From a virus, in IMG/VR virus record IMGVR_UViG_3300045988_108820, positions 32,001 through 96,000 of that record: DNA of 64,000 bases; one strand, written 5' to 3'. Positions 6,102-13,000 of the stretch are shown in pieces. The notes beneath the pieces are model-generated. The model saw nothing but the letters and a program-made list of their open reading frames with translations, was not told where the DNA came from and made no database searches. Position 1 is the stretch's first letter; the number at the start of each line of letters is the position of its first letter. The position numbers and the translations under genes are program-made.

Positions 6102-6296
6102 ATGATAAAAATATTAAGAAAGGAGGGTTGGATATTAAACCCTAATGATAAAATAGTAAATGCTATTTTAAAAAGAGTAGAATTAAATAATGGAGAGTGT
6201 CCTTGTCAAAATGATAGTAGTGATAAGCATTGTCCATGTACAGATTATAGAGATAAAAACTTATGTCATTGTAATCTCTATATCAAGTCAGAGTAA
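6102..6296 (+). CDS. ferredoxin:thioredoxin reductase catalytic-subunit-like protein (64 aa)
   Basis: ILNPNDKIVNAILKRVELNNGECPC-x8-CPC-x8-CHC resembles the FTR catalytic chain signature (lnPd..v...gL...CPC-x16-CPC-x8-CHC), but the first spacer is shortened. The ATG lies 2 nt after the tRNA-Asp 3' end. Confidence 0.55.
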   Translation: MIKILRKEGWILNPNDKIVNAILKRVELNNGECPCQNDSSDKHCPCTDYRDKNLCHCNLYIKSE

Positions 6297-6318
6297 TATC
6301 TACTCTAGAACTAACTAA

Positions 6319-6391
6319 GGGGTGAGTGATGTAATTGGTAACATACTTCCTTTGCAAGGAAGAATTAAGGGTTCAAATCCCTCTTGCTCCA
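6319..6391 (+). tRNA. tRNA-Ala (anticodon TGC); G3-U70 present; folds best with an 8-bp acceptor and 4-bp T stem
   Basis: GGGGTGAG/CTTGCTCC, TG, D stem ATGT/ACAT, anticodon stem CTTCC/GGAAG with loop TTTGCAA, T arm AGGG-TTCAAAT-CCCT. Confidence 0.85.
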
Positions 6392-6415
6392 CAATATTAA
6401 CTATAATTTATTAAT

Positions 6416-6520
6416 ATGAAAAAGATTTTATCTTTATTTAAAAGGGGACTTAATGCCTATTTAAATGCATTAGCTAAATGTCCTTATGTACCGTCAGGAA
6501 CTATCCCAATGGGAGTTTAG
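6416..6520 (+). CDS. possible 34-aa peptide
   Basis: Hand-found ORF MKKILSLFKRGLNAYLNALAKCPYVPSGTIPMGV between tRNA-Ala and tRNA-Asn. No other support. Confidence 0.25.
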   Translation: MKKILSLFKRGLNAYLNALAKCPYVPSGTIPMGV

Positions 6521-6553
6521 TTCCTTTAATTTAGAATTAATACTATAATATAT

Positions 6554-6626
6554 TGGCATATAGTATAAAGGTTTATTACGATTGACTGTTAATCAATGAA
6601 TCAAGGTTCGAGTCCTTGTATGCCAG
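6554..6626 (+). tRNA. tRNA-Asn (anticodon GTT)
   Basis: TGGCATA/TATGCCA with discriminator G (as in bacterial tRNA-Asn), anticodon stem ATTGA/TCAAT with loop CTGTTAA, T arm CAAGG-TTCGAGT-CCTTG. Confidence 0.85.
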
Positions 6627-6647
6627 CATAGAAAAATAATATATAAT

Positions 6648-6878
6648 ATGTGGTTATTGGAAAGTAATAGATCTAAACACCTACTTTATGCAATACCTTC
6701 AGCCTATATAGGTACTATATTATTTAGTACTGGTTTAGCTTTTGGTATGGAGTTTAAAGATAAACAATATGGTGGTAAATTTGATTGGCTTGATATAGCT
6801 GCTACTATGATAGGTGGTATAGTTGGTCAATTATTGCAGGTTAGTATGATAAGTTTAATCTATTTAACATTTAATTAA
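6648..6878 (+). CDS. small membrane protein (two TM helices)
   Basis: ORF track. Hydrophobic segments LLYAIPSAYIGTILFSTGLAFG and IAATMIGGIVGQLLQVSMISLIYL. Confidence 0.55.
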   Translation: MWLLESNRSKHLLYAIPSAYIGTILFSTGLAFGMEFKDKQYGGKFDWLDIAATMIGGIVGQLLQVSMISLIYLTFN

Positions 6879-6879
6879 T

Positions 6880-6969
6880 ATGGAAGCACTTAATGTTATA
6901 ATTGGTATTGTAGGTAATGCAATAGTACTAGGTCTTATGTATTATTTTCTGGTAAAAAAGAAAGAATAA
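6880..6969 (+). CDS. possible 29-aa hydrophobic peptide
   Basis: Hand-found ORF MEALNVIIGIVGNAIVLGLMYYFLVKKKE. Its ATG lies 1 nt after the preceding stop codon. Confidence 0.35.
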   Translation: MEALNVIIGIVGNAIVLGLMYYFLVKKKE

Positions 6970-6979
6970 TACTTAGGAT

Positions 6980-7065
6980 GCCTCCATGTTGGAATTAGTA
7001 GACAAGTTAGACTTAAAATCTAATAATCAGTAATGATTATGTGGGTGCAAGTCCCACTGGAGGTA
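6980..7065 (+). tRNA. tRNA-Leu (anticodon TAA), second copy, class II; T loop TGCAAGT
   Basis: GCCTCCA/TGGAGGT, anticodon stem TTAGA/TCTAA with loop CTTAAAA, variable arm AATCA-GTAA-TGATT, T arm GTGGG-TGCAAGT-CCCAC (G where the near-universal U55 is expected). Confidence 0.8.
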
Positions 7066-7066
7066 C

Positions 7067-7131
7067 TATAGCAGCTCTTGAAGGGTGTAGAAAAGCATAG
7101 ACTTACTAGACTATTTAGACAATCTGCTATA
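7067..7131 (+). pseudogene. T-arm-less tRNA-Leu-derived tRNA-like element
   Basis: 8-bp acceptor-like stem TATAGCAG/CTGCTATA. The interior GTGTAGAAAAGCATAGACTTA parallels GGTAGACAGGCTAGACTTA of the neighbouring tRNA-Leu. It has no T arm and no closed anticodon stem. It is separated from each flanking tRNA by exactly 1 nt. Confidence 0.5.
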
Positions 7132-7132
7132 A

Positions 7133-7215
7133 ACCCACTTGCTGGAATTGGTAGACAGGCTAGACTTAGGATCTAGTATCTAAATGATGTAAGAGTTCAA
7201 GTCTCTTAGTGGGTA
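7133..7215 (+). tRNA. tRNA-Leu (anticodon TAG), class II
   Basis: ACCCACT/AGTGGGT, anticodon stem CTAGA/TCTAG with loop CTTAGGA, T arm AAGAG-TTCAAGT-CTCTT. Confidence 0.88.
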
Positions 7216-7247
7216 CTAAAAATAATTATAAAAAACTTATAAAAAAG

Positions 7248-7278
7248 TTTGTAATTTCAAATAAATTACTTATCTTTG
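7248..7278 (+). promoter_or_regulatory. Bacteroidota-type promoter ahead of tRNA-Thr/Met and the morphogenesis block
   Basis: TTTG (7248-7251)-N19-TATCTTTG (7271-7278). tRNA-Thr starts 15 nt downstream. Confidence 0.65.
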
Positions 7279-7292
7279 TAATTGTTGAAGAT

Positions 7293-7364
7293 GGTCTCTT
7301 AGTATAAAGGTTAATATCCTTGCTTTGTAACCAAGGGATGTAAGTTCGATTCTTACAGGGACCT
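7293..7364 (+). tRNA. tRNA-Thr (anticodon TGT)
   Basis: GGTCTCT/AGGGACC, D stem GTAT/ATAT, anticodon stem CTTGC/CCAAG (C-C at its base) with loop TTTGTAA, T arm GTAAG-TTCGATT-CTTAC. Confidence 0.85.
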
Positions 7365-7370
7365 CAATAT

Positions 7371-7443
7371 ACAGGGATGTTAGCAGTGGTAGCTAGTTAG
7401 CCTCATAAGCTAAAGGTCGTGGGTTCGACTCCCACTCCCTGAA
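7371..7443 (+). tRNA. tRNA with CAT anticodon (Met; initiator or Ile-lysidine identity not resolved)
   Basis: ACAGGGA/TCCCTGA with an A1-A72 mismatch, 3-nt connector, D stem TAGC/GCTA, anticodon stem TTAGC/GCTAA with loop CTCATAA, T arm GTGGG-TTCGACT-CCCAC. Confidence 0.8.
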
Positions 7444-7515
7444 CAAATTAAAATTAATAAATATATCTTCTTTGAAGAATACTTTATCTAGTGTATCATA
7501 TATAAAAATAACACT

Positions 7516-7719
7516 ATGGGAGACAAGAAAGAGTTTAATGATGAACCTGTTTTCTATTGTAAAAATTGTTTATCTTTAAAAATAAAGACAGTTCCAGGCA
7601 TGATAGAGTTAGACTACTGTGATGACTGTGGAGCAACTGATATATCTAAAACTGATATAGAAACATGGAGACAATTATATAAAGATAGATTTGGTTTTGA
7701 TTATTTAGATAAATTTTAA
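7516..7719 (+). CDS. small zinc-ribbon protein
   Basis: CKNC...17 aa...CDDC, a four-Cys ribbon. Confidence 0.6.
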   Translation: MGDKKEFNDEPVFYCKNCLSLKIKTVPGMIELDYCDDCGATDISKTDIETWRQLYKDRFGFDYLDKF

Positions 7720-7720
7720 T

Positions 7721-7951
7721 ATGGAAGAGAAAAAATTAACAGTAGAGCAGATTAAAGCTGCTGCAAATGAACAAATTGGTATTTTATATCAAAAGTTACA
7801 AGAAGCTAATTTAGCTAATACCTTTAAGAGACTTGATTATCTATTCAAGATAGTTGAAGGTAAATTTAATGAGGAACTAAAAAATAAAGCAATAGTAGAA
7901 ATTGACAATATTATATTTGGGTATCCTCAAGAAGATAAACAGGAGAAGTAA
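7721..7951 (+). CDS. hypothetical coiled-coil protein
   Basis: ORF track. Start lies 1 nt after the preceding stop. Confidence 0.55.
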   Translation: MEEKKLTVEQIKAAANEQIGILYQKLQEANLANTFKRLDYLFKIVEGKFNEELKNKAIVEIDNIIFGYPQEDKQEK

Positions 7952-7954
7952 ACA

Positions 7955-8341
7955 ATGATTGGGAAAGTTAATAATGTAATAGGACTTTCCCAGTCACCAT
8001 TAGGTGATGAGTTCTTTAAATACTGGTTTATATTTCTAAGACCATTACACCATCTCACTGATAGAGAAATAGATGTGATAGCATCTTTTACTAAACATAG
8101 ATACAACCTATCTAAAGTAATAACTGATAATAGCTTATTAGATACTGTTCTCATGAGTGAGGAAACTAAAAGAAAGGTCAGAGAAGATTGTAATATAACT
8201 TTAGCCCATTTTCAAGTTATCATGGGAAAATTAAGAAAGAATAAAGTTATTATAGACAATAAAATAAATCCTAAACTTATTCCTAATATAGATAAAGATT
8301 CAAAAGGTCTACAATTATTAGTTTTATTTCCAATAAAATGA
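7955..8341 (+). CDS. hypothetical protein, possible HTH (LTDREIDVIASF)
   Basis: ORF track. The LT-x-RE-x-x-V motif recalls LuxR/sigma region-4-type helices. Weak evidence. Confidence 0.5.
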   Translation: MIGKVNNVIGLSQSPLGDEFFKYWFIFLRPLHHLTDREIDVIASFTKHRYNLSKVITDNSLLDTVLMSEETKRKVREDCNITLAHFQVIMGKLRKNKVIIDNKINPKLIPNIDKDSKGLQLLVLFPIK

Positions 8342-8610
8342 ATAAGAGCATTATTCTAAATGCATCTAGAACTCTAAAAATATCACCTGATGTTGTTGAG
8401 AAAGTTTATAAAGCTTATTGGTTATATATAAAAACAACTATAGAAGCTTTACCATTAAAAGAGGAACTTGATGAAGAAAGTTTCTTAAAGTTGAGAACTA
8501 ATTTTAATATTCCGTCACTTGGAAAGTTGAATTGTACACTATCTAAATACAATGGAATTAAAAATAGGTTTAAGTTAATAAATATTATTAGAAATGCTAA
8601 AGATAAATAG
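8338..8610 (+). CDS. hypothetical protein (90 aa)
   Basis: ORF track, with a 4-nt overlap with the upstream gene. The N-terminal helix pattern faintly recalls HU/IHF, but the beta-arm motifs are absent. Confidence 0.5.
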   Translation: MNKSIILNASRTLKISPDVVEKVYKAYWLYIKTTIEALPLKEELDEESFLKLRTNFNIPSLGKLNCTLSKYNGIKNRFKLINIIRNAKDK

Positions 8611-9016
8611 TATTAAACCATTATTTAATAAAATAGTAACTACTTGTGATGTTTATACATCAGATAAAACACAAGGAGGTATTATTTTAAAAACAAATGG
8701 CACAATTAAGGAGTATCAAAGGGTTGAAGCAATTGGTTCAACTGTAAGAGATATAAAGGTTGGAGACCTAGTACTTATTAATCCTAAGAGATACATTGTT
8801 CCTCAACATAGAGAGAAAAAAGATGAATCTCTGAGAGGTATTATTAGTGATGAATTAACCATGGATGTTGATTTTCCTATGGTTGAATATGGTGGTAAAA
8901 AACACTTACTCATTTATGATCAAGACATTGATTATATTATTGATGGAGAGGAAGTTAAAGATGAGCAACCTAAGTCCTCATTGATACTCCCAGAGGACAA
9001 GAAAATTATTGTTTAA
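8594..9016 (+). CDS. GroES/gp31-like co-chaperonin
   Basis: IKPLFNKIVTT...TQGGIIL...RVEAIGSTVRDIKVGDLVLIN...HLLIYDQDIDYII parallels E. coli GroES IRPLHDRVIVK...SAGGIVL...GEVLAVG...VKVGDIVIFN...VLIMSESDILAIV. Confidence 0.6.
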   Translation: MLKINSIKPLFNKIVTTCDVYTSDKTQGGIILKTNGTIKEYQRVEAIGSTVRDIKVGDLVLINPKRYIVPQHREKKDESLRGIISDELTMDVDFPMVEYGGKKHLLIYDQDIDYIIDGEEVKDEQPKSSLILPEDKKIIV

Positions 9017-9021
9017 TATAT

Positions 9022-9051
9022 AAGCTCATGATTAAATTCATGAGCTTTTTT
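9022..9051 (+). terminator. rho-independent-type terminator
   Basis: AAGCTCATG-ATTAAATT-CATGAGCTT followed by TTTT. Confidence 0.6.
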
Positions 9052-9066
9052 AGTTTTTACTTTGAT

Positions 9067-9240
9067 ATGAAGAAATGCAGTAAATGTAATAGACTTTTAC
9101 CAGAAAGTTCTTTTAAACTTAGGAAAGGTAAACTATATTATATGTGCAGAGAATGCGAAAAAGAGTACATGAGAGATAATCATATGAATATTATAAAATT
9201 AGCTAACTATTTGATAAAGGATGAAACTGTTCAGATATGA
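9067..9240 (+). CDS. small zinc-ribbon protein (57 aa)
   Basis: ORF track 9028..9240. I moved the start to the ATG at 9067 (MKKCSKCNRL...CRECEKEY) because the longer form would begin inside the terminator hairpin. Confidence 0.55.
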   Translation: MKKCSKCNRLLPESSFKLRKGKLYYMCRECEKEYMRDNHMNIIKLANYLIKDETVQI

Positions 9241-9769
9241 AGGATATAAAGTAGTTATATCTGAGGAAGCTTTTGCTTTAAAAGTATTTAGACAAATATG
9301 GAATAGAGATAGGAGTGTAAATAAAGATAAAGCTATTATGGAGTTAGGTTATATATACTTTATTTCAGATCCTAGAAGTGACTACCAATATATAGTAGAT
9401 GAAGAAGAGAGGTCTAAAGCTATTATTGAAGGTGAAGGATTACCAAGTAATTGGAAACCTGATAAAATAATTGTAGAAGCTATTAATTTTTATAAAAGTT
9501 TAAAATCCACCTCTGCTCTCCTATTAGAAGATACTAGAGCTGTTATAGATAATGTTAGAAAAACATTGAGAGAGTTTTCTTTTGATGATATGGAAGATAA
9601 GGATAGAGTAAATGCCATTAAAAGTGTGGCATCTACTATAGCTACTATACCTAAGTTAATTAAAGATTTAGATGAAGCAGAAAGAGCTGTTACTTCTGAA
9701 ATGCAGAATGTAACTGGTAAAGTTAGGGGACAAAAAGAAAAGTCATTATTAGAGGATGGTATATTATGA
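9221..9769 (+). CDS. hypothetical protein (182 aa)
   Basis: ORF track, within the operon upstream of the terminase. Confidence 0.6.
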   Translation: MKLFRYEGYKVVISEEAFALKVFRQIWNRDRSVNKDKAIMELGYIYFISDPRSDYQYIVDEEERSKAIIEGEGLPSNWKPDKIIVEAINFYKSLKSTSALLLEDTRAVIDNVRKTLREFSFDDMEDKDRVNAIKSVASTIATIPKLIKDLDEAERAVTSEMQNVTGKVRGQKEKSLLEDGIL

Positions 9770-10032
9770 TGAATATAATAAATAGTATAAATAATGTATT
9801 AACAAAGGGAGAATTATTATTACATATAGAACCAACTTCCACAGCTATAAAATCTGTGTTGAAAATTAACTATAAATTGTACATTCTAACTAAAGATAAT
9901 GAATCTCCAAAAGAGATTCTTTTCTTCTCTAGTACTCTAACACCTGGGAATGTAATAAGTGATTTAGATGAATGGGCTACTCAAGAGATACTTAAATTTG
10001 TTATACATGGAGGGTTAAGAGATTATGAATAA
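9766..10032 (+). CDS. hypothetical protein (88 aa)
   Basis: ORF track, with 4-nt and 8-nt overlaps with its neighbours. Confidence 0.55.
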   Translation: MMNIINSINNVLTKGELLLHIEPTSTAIKSVLKINYKLYILTKDNESPKEILFFSSTLTPGNVISDLDEWATQEILKFVIHGGLRDYE

Positions 10033-13000
10033 ATACCAAACAGAGTATTCTAAAGAATATATAGAGTCATTACCTAAAGAAGTTCAAGAACAATACTATG
10101 ACTTTATAACTAGTGTACCTTATATATCAAAGCTACTTTCTGATAATAGAAAGTATGCTAAAGATTTACCTAGAGATAATGAGGGAAAGATAATAATAGA
10201 TGTTACAGAACCACATATTTTAGAAAATACAGATTACTTTAGACCTAGTGCTATTCATTATCAACAATATGGTTGTTACACTAAATTAAAACCTAATGCT
10301 AATCCTAATAGTGAATATGGTAAATGGATTAGAGAAGAGGTTAGAAGGTGTTGGGAAGGTTATATTAGACCAGAAGATGGAGAATGGATAACAGGGGATA
10401 TGTATTTCTTTCTTAACTATTGTCCTATACAATTAATTAAAAAAGATAGTAATGGTAAGTCTATTAGAACTATTGACTTTCCTAAATTTTGGGATGGACA
10501 TTATTATAAATTTCATTATTTAAATCAATGTAGAAATGAAGGACATCATGCCGCAGAATTAGCTAGTAGAGGTAAGGGAAAAGCACACCCTTATAGCCAA
10601 AAAATATTAACTCCTTTTGGATGGAAATACTGGGGAGACATACAAATTGGTGACTATATTTATGGAGATAATGGAGAATTAACAAAAGTAGTAGATATTC
10701 CTTATGATGAAGTGTCTGATATATACACTGTTACTTTATTAGATGGTAGAAAAGTACAATGTACAAATGGGCATTTATTTAAAGTAAAGAATCATAAAAC
10801 AAAAAGAATAGAAATAAAACCTCTAATTGAAATTATTAAAGATTACAAGAGTACTAGAAAAGTATCTAATAAAACCCCAAATGGTATAGAATATAATTAT
10901 AGAATACCAAAAATTACTAATGCTGTTTACTTCCCTTCAAAGAGAGTACCAATAGACCCTTATACTTTAGGTTTGTTACTAGGTGATGGGTGCTTTAGAG
11001 TAATCTCAGCAAAGAACTATGTACTATTTACTTGTGATAAAGAAGATTATTACACTTATGAAGAAAACATACCTTACAAGATAGATAAAGTAACAAATAA
11101 TAATTATACTCATGCTATAAGATTTTCTGTAGAACCTTTAATTAATTATAAATTATATGGATTAAAATCAGAGCATAAATTTATACCTAGAGACTACCTA
11201 GTAAATGATAGAAATGTGAGATTAGAAATACTTAGAGGACTTATGGATTCAGATGGAACAGTGGATAAAACTTCTGGTATTCCTGTCTTTAGTACTACAT
11301 CTGAGAAATTAAAGGAGGATTTTATATTCTTATGTAGGTCTCTAGGATATAATGTATCTTGTTCTTTACATGATTCAAAATTTAATAATATAACATATAA
11401 AAGTCATTATAGAATTAGAGTTATAACAAATGACCCTATCTTTAAATTAGGAAGGAAATTAAAGTTACTTAATAATTTTACTTCTAGCTATGCTAAAAGT
11501 AAGAGAGATTATACTACAATTATAGATATTCAATACTCACATAAAGAACAAGCAAAGTGTATAACAGTTAATAACGAGTCACATTGTTATATAATAGGAG
11601 ATTTTGTAGTAACTCATAATTCATATAGTGCAGCATCAATGTTAGCTAAAAGATTTATACTAGGAGAATCTAATGATGTAAAGAAGAAAGTACAATGTGT
11701 TGCTACAGCTAGTGAGAGAAAATATATTCAAGGAGCTAACCAACTACTTGATATGTTTCAATACTACATTGATTTCTGTGCTAACAATACAGAGTTTCCT
11801 AGACAAAGAATCACTTCCTCTTTACAGAATTTAGCATGGACTATGGGCTATGTAGACTCTGAAACTAATACTAGGAGGGGAACTGAAAATAGTGTTATAG
11901 GTATTACTTCTAAGGATGATGAATCTAAGCTTAGAGGTTCTAGAGGTGTATTGTATCTTCTAGAAGAAGCAGGTTCATTTCCTAGACTATTAAATTTGTA
12001 TCAAGTGCTAAGACCATCTGTAGAAGATGGTAATAGTGTTTGGGGATTAATTTATTTATATGGTACAGCTGGTGATAGTGATTCTGACTTTAGTTCTATG
12101 CAAGAATTAATGTATAACCCTAAAGGTTATAATATTAAAGCAATAAATAATGTTTATGATAAAGAGGGTCAAGGAAGAAAGCAGTTTACATACTTTTTTC
12201 CTGGTTATATGAATAGAGCTGATTGTTATGATAAAGATGGAAATAGTGATGTCAATAAAGCCCTTATTGAAATACTTTTAGATAGGTATAAAGTAAAGTA
12301 TAATAGTACTGATATTAATGCAATTACTAAGAGAATTGCAGAAATTCCTATAACTCCACAAGAAGCTATATTAAAGACTAAAGATAATATATTCCCTATC
12401 ACAGAGTTAACTAAGAGACTTAATGAAATTGATAATAATCCTAATTTCTTTGATGATATTTATGTTGGAGATTTAGCTTTTAATAAACAAGGTAAAGTAG
12501 AGTTTAATGCTACAACTACAGACACTCCTATAAGAGACTTTCCTACTAAAGATAATAAAGTACAAGGAGCAATAGAAATATATGAAATGCCCCAAGAGAT
12601 ACATGGTAAAGTTCCTAATGAAAGATATATTTTATCACTAGATAACTATGAAAATGATCAAGCCCAATCAATGTCATTGGGTAGTGTATTTGTGCTAGAT
12701 CTATGGACTGATAGAATTGTAGCAGAATATACAGGAAGACCTATGTTTGTTGATGATTTAAATGAAATATGTAGAAAGTTATGTTTATTTTATAATGGTA
12801 AAGTGATGGTAGAAAATAATAAGAAAAATACCTTTGCCTACTTTAGTAAAATGAATAGTTTACATCTAATGGCTGATACTCCAGAATATCTTAAGAATAA
12901 ACAAATATTAAAAGTCAACACATTTGGTAATGCAAGTAAGGGATGTCCTGCTACAGTACCTGTGATTAATTTTTCTATGGAAAGATTAAGAGATTGGCTA

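Noticed and set aside
8338-8610. HU/IHF-like DNA-binding protein call; also considered for 30739-31272
   Set aside because: Only the N-terminal helical pattern (MNKS...IS...V.K...A...I...IEAL) is reminiscent of HU/IHF. The beta-arm signature (R-x-G-R-N-P-x-T-G) is absent, so I left both as hypothetical.
9028-9066. Longer start (9028) for the Zn-ribbon ORF
   Set aside because: The extension (MIKFMSFFSFYFD) is translated from the terminator hairpin and its T-tract (9022-9051). The ATG at 9067 gives a clean CxxC...CxxC protein.
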